From Octopus sinensis (Eukaryota), in NCBI RefSeq assembly GCF_006345805.1, contig NC_043024.1, positions 15,376,001-15,440,000 on the forward strand: a stretch of DNA of 64,000 bases, given 5' to 3'. Positions within the stretch are counted from its first letter, which is position 1, and each line of letters starts with the position of its first letter. Below, piece by piece: positions 13,400 to 24,661 of this stretch. The translations under genes were made by a program, and so were the position numbers. The notes beneath the pieces were generated by a model. That model had not been told where the DNA came from and ran no database searches. It saw only the letters and a list, made by a program, of their open reading frames with translations.

Positions 13400-13690
13400 A
13401 GAGGCAGAGAGCTGCTGCATCAAGAATTTCTTTATCCTAGGTGTGAGCATAACATCTATGGTTAGGTTGGTCTCAATGGTAACCTTCTGACTGAAGGAGT
13501 CAAGTGGGTGAAGAAATTTCTCCCTAGGTCAGTCCAGGGTGTGCTTGTCCACACCTCTAGAGATGGCTAAAGCATCTTCTTCCCCATATAGACCAAAGTA
13601 GGCTGATGGGAACTGCTCAGTTATGGTTTCAAGTATATATAACCTTATGAGGTCATAAATATGTATGTTGTTGAATGCTCTCATGATGAT
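13400..13690 (-). mobile_element. PLE reverse transcriptase fragment
   Basis: Minus translation DLIRLYILE...FGLYGEEDALAI...KVTIETNL resembles PLE DLVG.Y.L...GLYRDDAL...ITIETNL (compare 32.6-32.8 kb). Confidence 0.55.
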
Positions 13691-13694
13691 GAGA

Positions 13695-14779
13695 ACTCTC
13701 ACTCACTCACTCACTCACTCACTCACTCACTCACCCACTCACTCACCCACTCGCCCACTCACTCACTCACTCACTCACTCTCTCACTCACTCACTCACTC
13801 ACTCACTCACTCACTCACTCAGTCTCTCACTCACTCACTCACTCTCTCACTCTCTCACTCACTCACTCATTCACTCACTTACTCACTCACTCACTCACTC
13901 ACTCACTCTCTCAATCACTCACTTACTCACTCACTCACTCACTCACTCACCCACTCTCTCCCTCACTCACTCACTCTCTCACTAACTCACTCACTTACTC
14001 ACTCACTCACACACTCACTCACTCTCTCACTCACTCACTCTCTCACTCACTCATTCACTCACTTACTCACTCACTCACTCACTCACTCACTCTCTCACTC
14101 ACTCACTCACTCACTCACTCACTCTCTCACTCACTCTCTCACTCACTCTCTCACTCACTCTCTCACTCACTCTCTCACTCACTCACTCACTCACTCAGTC
14201 TCTCACTCACTCACTCAGTCTCTCACTCAGTCTCTCACTCACTCACTCACTCACTCACTCACTCACTCACTCAGTCACTCAGTCTCTCACTCACTCACTC
14301 ACTCACTCAGTCTCTCACTCACTCACTCACTCACTCAGTCTCTCACTCACTCACTCAGTCTCTCAGTCAGTCACTCACTCACTCACTCACTCACTCACTC
14401 ACTCTCTCACTCACTCACTCACTCACTCACCCACTCTCACTCACTCACTCACTCACTCTCTCACTAACTCACTCACTTACTCACTCACTCACTCACTCAC
14501 TCTCTCACTCACTCACTCACTTACTCACTCACTCACTCACTCTCTCAATCACTCACTCAGTCTCTCACTCACTCACTCACTCTCTCAATCACTCACTCAG
14601 TCTCTCACTCACTCACTCACTCTCTCACTCACTCTCTCACTCACTCACTCACTCACTCACTCACTCACTTACTCACTGACTCACACTCTCAATCACTCAC
14701 TCACTCACTCACTCACTCACTCACTCAGTCACTCAGTCTCTCACTCACTCACTCACTCACTCACTCACTCACTCACTCA
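13695..14779. repeat. (ACTC)n tetranucleotide array
   Basis: Directly visible; reverse complement of the 12759-13165 array. Confidence 0.95.
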
Positions 14780-14858
14780 AAGGAACCTTCTGGGTCAGTT
14801 TGTTCAACCCATATATGCATATATATATATATTATATATATATATATAAGTATATATA

Positions 14859-14920
<62 letters not shown>

Positions 14921-14934
14921 TATATATATATACG

Positions 14935-15092
14935 ACGGGCTTCTTTTCAGTTTCCGTCTACCAAATCTTCTCACAAGGCTTTGGTCGACCCGAGGCTATA
15001 GTTTGAAGACACTTGCCCAAGGCGCCACATAGTGGGACTGAACCCGGAACCATGTGGTTGGTAAACAAGCTACTTACCACACAGCCACTCCT
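14935..15092 (-). mobile_element. SINE family A, head fragment
   Basis: Matches the 5' half of family A. Confidence 0.75.
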
Positions 15093-15259
15093 ATACCTAT
15101 GATGACAAAATACTCAGTTTATGGAATCCTTACTCAATATCATGACCCACATGCTTGACTATTCTAGAGACAGCTGTAAGAAACTCTATCTGTTTATAAA
15201 TTAAAATCTAAATTAAAATCTTTCTGTAGAGGGAGCCGGCATGCTTTGCATTTCCCTCC

Positions 15260-16420
15260 TCCTCATCATCATTATCATCGTTTAACATCCGCTTTCCATG
15301 CTAGCATGGGTTGGACGATTGACTGAGGGTTGGTGAACCAGATAGCTGCACCAGGCTCCAAACTTGATCTGGCAGAGTTTCGATAGATGGATGCCCTTCC
15401 TAACGCCAACCACTCTGAGAGTGTAGTGGGTGCTTTTACATGCCACTGGTACTGGCAACGACCTTGCTTGAATGTTTTTACACGTGCTATCGGCACAAGT
15501 GCAAGTAAAGTGATGCTGGTAACGATCATGCTAGAATGGTGCCTTTTACATGCCACAGACACGGAAGCCAGTTAGCTGCTCTGGCAATGACCATGCTCGG
15601 ATGGTGCTCTTAGCACCCTACTAGTACGGGGCACAAGTGCCAGTAAGGCCACGCTGGTAACGATCACACTCGAATGGTGCCTTTTATGTTCCACTGGCAC
15701 GGAAGCCAGTTAGCCAGTCCATCAACGATTACACTCGTATGGTACTCTTTGCACCCGGCTAGCACGGATGCCAGTCATTGAATTTGATTTCGATTTCATT
15801 TTTCCTTTTAATCTATATCTACCTGCTCAAGGAGAAACCACTTCTAGCTGCCTTCATTAGGCAGTGTCAACACAACATTCTTTAGTTTGCAATTGAAGCC
15901 AGAATTTTGGTGGTAAACCAAACTGAGCACTCATAGTACATGTCTTTGACATTATGTCAGTTGGCAAAAAACCTTTGTATTTGCTATATTTATCTCTCAG
16001 AGTGAAAGACAGCTTGTATGATGCCTGTGTGAGAAAAGCTAAGCTACATGGCAGTGAAACAGGCACTGTGGCAGCTGTTGACATACATAGGCTTGAAAGA
16101 AATGAAATCAGTAGGTTTCACTGGATGTGCATATTTGACAGAGTGTAAGCATCTTGAGAGAAAAGATAAAGGGCATAAGAGCCATCAGATGCGGCATGCA
16201 AGCGAGAGGACTGTCCTGGTATGGTCAAGTGATGCATATGGACGAGGACAGCTGTGTAAAGAAGTGTTGATCCCTAACTGTGGAGGAAACCTGTGGTAGA
16301 GGTAGACCCAGGAAGACATGATCTCTGAAGTTTGGGCCTCACAGAGCAATGACTACTGACCAAGACCATTGGCAATATACTGAGCTTCAGAAGTCCTGTC
16401 AAGCCAAGCAAAATTGTAGT
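15260..16420 (+). mobile_element. RTE-associated 3' repeat followed by an RTE ORF remnant
   Basis: GGATGCCCTTCCTAACGCCAACC tail motif at about 15390; LYDACVR...LHGSET...RLERNE at 16010-16140. Confidence 0.6.
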
Positions 16421-16507
16421 TGTGGCTGATGTTGGAGATTAACCATTGGAATATCTTGGATTATACAATCCCTAATGAGGATATAACTTCCTTGAATTGA
16501 CTATATA

Positions 16508-16642
<135 letters not shown>

Positions 16643-16643
16643 T

Positions 16644-16845
16644 ATATTGTTATATTTCGGAATGGTCATTTTGCCAGTTTAGCCAATAAAAACACACGCA
16701 CTATATATTTGGTGTTACTTTGCTTCAGTGTTATTTATTTTTTACATTAATCTTAATCTTATTTCGGCCAGTAACACCAAATATATAGTGCGTGTGTTTT
16801 TATTGGCTAAACTGGCAAAATGACCATTCCGAAATATAACAATAT
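16644..16845. repeat. Fold-back: 76-bp perfect inverted arms with a 50-nt loop (PLE pLTR-type)
   Basis: 16644-16719 is the reverse complement of 16770-16845; same family as 42323-42450. Confidence 0.85.
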
Positions 16846-16901
16846 CTGTTTCAACACACGACTTCACATAAAAAATCTTGCACAACAAATATTTAAACGT
16901 A

Positions 16902-16977
<76 letters not shown>

Positions 16978-16997
16978 GATATATATATATATATAAT

Positions 16998-17036
<39 letters not shown>

Positions 17037-17096
17037 ATATTATATATATATATACATACATATATATATACATATATATATATAATATATATACAT

Positions 17097-17147
<51 letters not shown>

Positions 17148-17261
17148 GAGTGCTCAGTTTGGTTTACCACCAAAATTCTGGCTTCAATTGCAAACTAAAG
17201 AATGTTGTGTTGACACTGCCCAATGAAGGCAGCTAGAAGTGGTTTCTCCTTGAGCAGGTAG

Positions 17262-17332
<71 letters not shown>

Positions 17333-17893
17333 ATACAAAAAGGGACAACAAAACATCCAGATAGCCGATACAAAGGAAACAAGCACCACATTATCATCGC
17401 AATTTCAGACCGCCGTCCATGCAACATCGATATTCTTCTCTGTGTTTGTGAAATTCTTGTATCTCTGCCGTAAGGCTTCATTTCCACATGTGCCAGCTTA
17501 ATTCATTTCATCCTTAGTCAAAATGTTATGTCCTGTTATTATTTTTATTGTATTTATTATTGTATTTATATTTGTGTAACTTTGTCCGTTTCTCCCTCCT
17601 TGTTTTTGTATATATTCGCTGCTTTCTTCCAAGGAATCTAATGCTCTTAGCTTAGTTTTCCCTTGCGGCTGGCCAGATTGGAGCAATCTCAAGAATAATC
17701 AGTCGAAATTGGGATGATAATTAGATGCTTGACTTTGGATAGAGGGCTTCGAATGACCAGTCCTTGTTTTCTTTGTATCATCTCTCTGGATGTTTTGTTG
17801 TCCCTTTTTGTGTCACCTAGCTGTCCGGATGTTTTGCGTTCTTACCCATTTTGTATTTTATATATATATACATACATATATATGTATACATAC

Positions 17894-17921
<28 letters not shown>

Positions 17922-17924
<3 letters not shown>

Positions 17925-18509
17925 CACAAATTAGTAAATAAATGGCACAACTAAGTACCGATATTTACTGGAAATAGCGAACGTAAAAGTTCGACGCTAA
18001 TGTGTAGCTTCACCGCGTATGTATTAGCAAAAATGCGTGTGTGCAACAAACTAGAGCAAAAAAACGTCTTACCTCCAGGGAGGACATCTGAAAGATGAAA
18101 CACCCGGAAAAGGACAATGTGGGACCTGCAGGTTTCAGGTTTTACAAGATATGTCTCTCACCCATATTTTGTTTTACCTTCATCAGCCAAGCATATACGA
18201 AGACGAAATCTACGATGTTACCACATTAATACTATCACACTCGACTGAAATGCGGAACGCTAACAGTACGAGAAACGGTGAAGAAGTTTCAAAATATCAG
18301 TAATGCAATACAAAGTATCGCCTTCCAGTAAAAAGTAGCCTGTGAGGGAAAAAATACACAAATTAGTAAATAAATGGCACAACTAAGTACCGATATTTAC
18401 TGGAAATAGCGAACGTAAAAATACGACGCTAATGTGTAGCTTCACCGCGTATGTATTAGCAAAAATGCGTGTGTGCAACAAACTAGAGCAAAAAAACGTC
18501 TTACCTCCA
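17922..18509 (-). mobile_element. Retrozyme-like / PLE pLTR-derived unit: 432-bp period, 156-bp direct repeats, hammerhead and intron
   Basis: 17922-18077 equals 18354-18509 with 2 mismatches; HHR lies between them; GT-AG intron at 18504-18340; absent from copy B. Confidence 0.75.
18117..18194 (-). ncRNA. Type I hammerhead ribozyme, intact core
   Basis: AUGcuUGG-CUGAUGA-AGGU(aaa)ACAA(a)AUAUG loop CAUAU(c)UUGU(aaa)ACCU-GAA-ACC UGCA GGU-C|CCACAU; all core nucleotides and three stems present. Confidence 0.85.
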
Positions 18510-18741
18510 TATAAATATGTGTATTTTTCAATCTATGTGTACAAATAACACAGAAAAATAAATAAATATTTACCAGAGTAGCAAAAATTCACATAAGTAC
18601 CAAGATGTTACAGCTTACTTATAAAGGTAGGAGTTCCAGGGTTTAGTGAAATCTTTTTGAATAACAAAGCTAATTTAAGAAATGGAGTTAAATGCAAGCA
18701 ACTGTCCAACTGTTGGATGGTATGATGTATTTTCACATGGT

Positions 18742-19050
18742 GGTGCTGTATGTTATGATACATGACCCGAATTTTCGTCTCCAATGCCACTTTGTCCAAT
18801 GTCACTTCATCCACTTATTTTGGTCCAATATCTTTTTGTTCAATGATTTTTTTGTCCAACGACTTTTTGTCCAATTTTAAATAAAATCTTTAGAAAACAA
18901 AGTGAACAACAAAATCAAATAATCATTGAAAATTTTATTTATAGGATTTGTATTTGGACAAAAACATCATCAGACAAAAAGACATCAGACGAAAAGATAT
19001 GGATGAAAAGACGCTGGACAAAGTGATGTCGGACAAAAAGATATAGCACC
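18742..19050. mobile_element. MITE-like element with inverted arrays of about 15-bp TTTGTCC/GGACAAA subrepeats (copy B at 55578-55886)
   Basis: Left half repeats TTTGTCCAA, right half repeats GGACAAAA; short imperfect termini GGTGCT/AGCACC; no target-site duplication seen. Confidence 0.5.
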
Positions 19051-19175
19051 ATTATGATATTGGTCCCAGACACCATGATGTTTACACGGGAGACACTGGC
19101 CCCTCTCTGATTGATTGTTAATTTTCAGGCTGAGCAGTGGATCAATATATGTCTACAGTTATACATATATAACTG

Positions 19176-19585
19176 TAGGCGCAGGAGTGGCTGTGTGGTA
19201 AGTAGCTTGCTAACCAACCACATGGTTTCGGGTTCAGTCCCACTGCGTGGCATCTTGGGCAAGTGTCTTCTGCTATAGCCCCAGGCCGACCAATGCCTTG
19301 TGAGTGGATTTGGTAGAAGGAAACTGAAAGAAGCCTGTCGTATATATGTATATATATGTATATGTATGTGTGAGTGTTTGTGTGTCTGTGTTTGTCCCCC
19401 TAGCATTGGTTGACAACTGATGCTGGTGTGTTTACATCCCCGTCACTTAGCAGTTCAGCAAAAGAGACCAATGGAATAAGTACTGGGCTTACAAAGAATA
19501 AGTCCCGGGTCGATTTGCTCGACTAAAGGTGGTGCTCCAGCATGGCCACAGTCAAATGACTGATATAAGTAAAAGAGTAAAAGAG
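19176..19585 (+). mobile_element. SINE family A, present only in duplication copy A
   Basis: Full-length; the empty TA-rich site is visible at about 56000 in copy B. Confidence 0.9.
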
Positions 19586-20689
19586 TATATATAAATGAAA
19601 TAATTGAGATTCAGTTGAATTGGGTACTTAAGTTGAATCCCTAAGTCAGACCAGCATTATCCACACAGCCAAAAGTAAGGTGAATAAAATAAAAATAAAC
19701 AACAGGATTCTATGGAATCTTACTTTTTAATGTTTATATTTGACATATACCAATCTTTTACCTATTTAGGTTATGATATCAATTTTGAAATTTTATTTTT
19801 ATACAACATGACAATATTGCTTATAAACAATCAACCATAGTGCCCCTAAATAAAATTTCCTCTGTATTTACATCTTAGGTTTCTTAGCATCTTGCCCCTT
19901 TAACTGGTAATTAACACCATGATTTAAAGTCTGCCCCTACCTGCCTCGTTTTATAGACAGTTCCTTATATCCAATTAACTACTCCTAATGTCTTATTTCT
20001 TCCCAGGGGGGGAAGGGTTGCATATGATAATATTTATGACTACACCTAGCCATAAGCTGTCAATTCACTCTTGTCCTTTATTCAAAATAGACACATTCTT
20101 CAAGTCTTAGATTTAGTAGTTGATAAAGAGATAAATGAATTAGAAATGAATTACAACACTATGACCTCATTATGCTCCGTGCAATTCCTAGAAGTTGTAA
20201 TCTATTCTTAGCTACAATAGTGACAACATGAATTTCTTCCATCTTCTTACTCTGTTAAAATATTTAAGAAAAATTATATTAATGTGCCCTACATGTTAAA
20301 ATTCCATTCATTTATTTGTACAGCCGAAGATGGCATTACATTAAAATTGATGTACTGATTGCATTGTTAAATTAAATGGAGCTGCTTGAAACAGTCGTAC
20401 TGCATCACTTGATATCCTGTTGCATATTTTGATTATATGTGTGTGTGTGTGTATTTTTTATCTTTTACTTGCTTCAGACATTAGACTGTGGCCATACTGG
20501 GGCAGGGCCTTGAAGGGTTGTAGTCAAACAAATCGACCCCAGTACTTAGTTTTTCCCAAGCCTGGTACTTATTCTGTCAAACTCTATTGTTGAACTACTA
20601 AGTTATGGAAATATAAACACACCAACATAAGTTTTCAAGCAGTGGCAGGAACCAAAGACAGGTATAATGATGCACACACACACATCTGA

Positions 20690-21320
20690 CCTTGATGTTA
20701 GCAAAGCCATGGAATGCATTGTCAGAAGGAAGATGATCACATTCTTTGAAGAAAATATCTTGCTCACTAACATGTAGCATGGTTACACTTTAATATGGAG
20801 CTCCCTTACATAATTAATCGCATATTAAAAATGAATAATTAATCAACAGCTCAACTGTTCAAATATCAATGTGATGTATCTCAAATGTCAATCATGGAAT
20901 GATATGGTCACAAATTGTATGACCCTTGTATCACAGGGAAACTAGGGACATGGCTGCATTCCAGAAAGTCATTGCAAAAGGATCCCTAGCCAGGGAACTG
21001 TATGGGGATCACTGCTGTTCAAAGAGGCTCTCCCACCCGTGCTCTCAGTCAGACAGTCTAACCAGCTCTGCTGATGATATCTGAGTATTACAAAGTCTCA
21101 AGGACTACAGAATGATAGGAACGTAATATACAAATGGTCTGAAGAAAGCAACATAAAGTCTAATGCTGATAAATTGCAAGCATTTTGATATCACCCTACA
21201 GATTCCACTTGGAATGCACAGGAGCCGGGAGTAATGCAATCCCAAACTTAGAGTCAGTGCTTGACTTGGGAATCCACTTGAGTGGCAATGTGTCTTTCTG
21301 TGGGAATATTACTAAGGCAC
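20690..21320 (+). mobile_element. Degenerate CR1/L2-type LINE RT (copy B at 56810-57690)
   Basis: VSKAME.IVRRKMITFFEENILLT..QHG...; ADD-like motif; ESV.DLGIHLS; many stops and frameshifts. Confidence 0.6.
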
Positions 21321-21936
21321 ATATACTTACACACATATACAGAAGTTACCATACACACACACACACACACACTCACTTGCTCTCCCTTCAGACATTGCTG
21401 TTGGGCTGTTATGATGAAACATTCTCTAAAGTGCATCAAAAACAACAGAACACTATTTTTATTAAATTCTTTATTAAAGTTCAGATCACACAAAAATCAA
21501 CATTTTACTCAAATTTTATGGTTACATGGCAGTTTAGAACAACATTATCTTACCATTAATAACAAACTTATAATACTGAAAATAGGTTCCAGAGAGGAAT
21601 ATTGCTAACAAAATATGTTAGTACTAATTAAATCCATTTGTTACCAGATTTCTTTTAAGATACAAAAATTATGAAGAATTTAGTCAAAATAACTTTGTCG
21701 TTATGAAACTGGCATTTCAAACATACATTAACGCAAATATTTCATGGAAGATTTTAATTGAAATCACTTTAAAACAGGCAGCTTTTATCATAGAATCAGG
21801 GTTTACTCTCAGGTGGGTTAGTATTAAAAGGGTTAGTAGGATTTCATTAATATCTCTTATTAATTGTCATTGAAGGGCTGAAAGTTAAACATTCAGCTTC
21901 CAGCTCTGGCCTATCACATTGTGCCATATATACATA

Positions 21937-22947
21937 CTAAGGACTCAAATTTTCCATTTTATGTATATGTTCCCTACAGACATGAGATGCGCCAGATTTT
22001 TTATATTCTTCTTTTGTAATCCACAGATCATCAGTGGGAGGTCTACTAGCCAATCTAGAACCCCCAATCCATGGAGAGTATTCACGTTCTGGTAGAGCAA
22101 TGATATTAACCTCTGTGTCAGGTGGTGCCAAGGCACTGATTTCCTTTTTCATACGCTCAACAAAACCTGGAAACATTGTTGAACCACCAGACAACACAAT
22201 GTTGGCAAACAGATCTCTCCTAATTTCCACATCACATTTCATGATTGAGTTATAAGTCATCTTATGAACACCATCAGAAGGGTTGAAAATAGCTTCTGGG
22301 ACTCGAAATCGTTCATTGCCAATAGTAATGATTTGTCCATCAGATTGTTCATGACTCTTTTCCAAATCTTTAGAAGACTTTGCTGCCTGCATTTCTTGTT
22401 CAAAGTCTAGAGCAACATAGCAGAGCTTCTCTTTGATGACATTTAACGTTCTTTTCTCTGACATTGAGTCACCATACATGTAGCCACGTTCAGTCAAGAT
22501 ATTTTTAAGGTTATCTCTCAAGGCAAGACCAGTAATATTCTGATGCTGGCAGAAAGTAGCTCCTTTTATAGTTGAAGCTCCATAAATAGGGACAACTTGG
22601 GTGATACCATGGCCTACATTCACAGAAATACCTGTGACACGGCCAGAATCAAAGAGGGACAAAGCAGCTTGATTAGCCACCATTACTGCACGAACTTGAA
22701 ACTTTTCAAACATAATTTCAACCATATTCGCTCTGTTTGTTTCAGAGTTACCGACAGGCTCAGTCAACAAGACAGCATAGTCTTTGGCTGCAACGTTCAA
22801 CTCGTCGAATGCATGTTGCCAGATCCTCTCCATATTATCCCAGTCAGTAATAAGACCATGTTTAATGGGATTCTGCAAATTAAGGACAGTTTTATTCTTT
22901 TCAGCTTTCTCTCCAACAAGGATTTCGGGGTTTGGTCCAAAATAATT
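21937..22947 (-). CDS. Divergent actin-like gene 2A, exon 2 (total protein 374 aa)
   Basis: Acceptor TTATTATATTGCAG|AAT; open frame with [51 protein letters not shown]. Confidence 0.92.
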   Translation of the reverse strand, partial: NYFGPNPEILVGEKAEKNKTVLNLQNPIKHGLITDWDNMERIWQHAFDELNVAAKDYAVLLTEPVGNSETNRANMVEIMFEKFQVRAVMVANQAALSLFDSGRVTGISVNVGHGITQVVPIYGASTIKGATFCQHQNITGLALRDNLKNILTERGYMYGDSMSEKRTLNVIKEKLCYVALDFEQEMQAAKSSKDLEKSHEQSDGQIITIGNERFRVPEAIFNPSDGVHKMTYNSIMKCDVEIRRDLFANIVLSGGSTMFPGFVERMKKEISALAPPDTEVNIIALPEREYSPWIGGSRLASRPPTDDLWITKEEYKKSGASHVCREHIHKMENLSP

Positions 22948-23088
22948 CTGCAATATAATAAATGACAATAAGAATTCTAGAAACTTAAGTCAATAAAATT
23001 TTTTACAAGATAGAAATAATAGAAAGAATTACACAAACAATGAAATTTTCATAATCAATCCTATAATATCCTATAATTAATCCTATAA

Positions 23089-23438
23089 TCTCTATATATA
23101 TAAAACTGAGAATGTGTGTGTGTCTGTCTGTCTGTCTGTCCGTCCGTCTGTTTGTGTGTTTCCCTAAAACTTGAGAACTACACAACCAATTTCATTCAAA
23201 TTTTACACATGCCTTACTTACGGTCCGGGGAGTGTCATTGCAAGAGACGAGCCTACAATTCCAGTCTGTTATATATTTTGAGTATTGTTATCACTAGTGA
23301 TATCAAGATATAACTTTGTATTTTGTATTTTATGTGTAGATGTATATATATAGAAGTACATGTAATATGTACACATATATATAGACATATATACATGCAC
23401 TAGAACTATGACCCGGCAACGACGGGTCATAATGCTAG
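23089..23438 (+). mobile_element. Non-autonomous Helitron, 350 bp (copy B at 59466-59815)
   Basis: A|TCTCTATATATATAAA, (GTCT)n tract, terminal hairpin GACCCG-gcaacga-CGGGTC, CTAG|T; removing it restores the satellite unit. Confidence 0.8.
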
Positions 23439-23663
23439 TATGCTATAATTAATCCTATAATATCCTACAATTAATCGCATCATATCCTATAATTAATCCT
23501 ATAATATCCTATAATATCCTATAATCAATCCTATAATATCCTATAAGTAATCTTGCATAAATTACTATCACGTACACACGCACACACATCCACCCTTTTA
23601 TATAAAGGATTAATTATAATTAATCCTTTAATATCCTGCAAGTAATCCTTTAATATCCTATAA

Positions 23664-24661
23664 TCATATCTATAAAAGGGTGGATGTGTGTGCGTGTGTG
23701 TGTGTGCGTGTGTGTGTGTACGTGATAGTAATTTATGCACGTCCACAAATTAGCATGCATGTAGCTCAAATATTAGGACATTTGTCAACACCCTATCTGG
23801 GTTTTGTCAACTTATTTTTTTCTCCGAGGGATCCGTGGGTAGCGTAAATATCTAATTTCAGACATAGCTTTAAGCCACAAAAAATATCGGACTTAGCTTT
23901 TTTGCCAGCGTCTAACAAAAAAAATAAGATAAAGAAAAGTGGAAGAAGGAGGCAGAGAGTTTCATGGGAAAGACAAGGTGAGAGAGGGAGAGAGAGAGTA
24001 AGTGACCACATTCATAAAAAATGGAATGTAAAATGTTTTGTTTTTTGTTTTTGAAATGCACACTATATTTTATAGTCATCGTATATATACTTTCTTACAC
24101 AACAATTACAATATATTTATTTTAAATCATTTATTTATTTTAAATCGTTCATCTTTCTCCCTGCTCTCTCTCACACACATTACTTTAGGTGCAAAAGAGT
24201 TTTGTCTTTATTTTACGCCGAGTAAAAAAGTGTTTTGTTGACAATCCATTTATTTAACAACAAAGAAACAAAGAGGTGAGTAACAATTTGTCAGTGAATT
24301 ACACAATATAAATGGGTACAATTTGCGAGGCTTCCACCACAACCCACTCCATTTCACAGACCACAAAAAGGGTTTTGAGGCCAATAATTTTTCCATTCAT
24401 TTCTATTTATCAACATATATGCGTGCAAAAAACATGCAATTGGTCTACATACGAACGTGTGTGTATGTGTGTTCGTGTCTGTTGCCCATATAAATTTATA
24501 TTATATTATATAAATATATATCACATATATATATTGTAACTAATTTCAACGGATTTCGCCCAAATTTCACGTCTATATTACATAGTTTCATTTGAAATAA
24601 AGAACTTCATTAGCATAATAATCATACCTTAATCCCGGGCAAGGCCAGGTTATACTGCTAG
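23664..24661 (+). mobile_element. Non-autonomous Helitron, about 1 kb (copy B at 60024-61052)
   Basis: A|TC start; 3' hairpin CCCGGGCAAGGCCAGG then CTAG|T; flanked by satellite on both sides. Confidence 0.7.

Noticed and set aside
18240-18339. UGA read-through (selenocysteine) of the retrozyme micro-ORF
   Set aside because: No SECIS or homology evidence; purely speculative.
19176-19260. tRNA genes
   Set aside because: The tRNA-like A/B boxes are SINE heads; no complete cloverleaf was found.
22948-22968. ORF-track start MSFIILQ for genes 2A and 2B
   Set aside because: Lies in the intron polypyrimidine tract and acceptor; the true N-terminus is exon 1 at 28907-28794.
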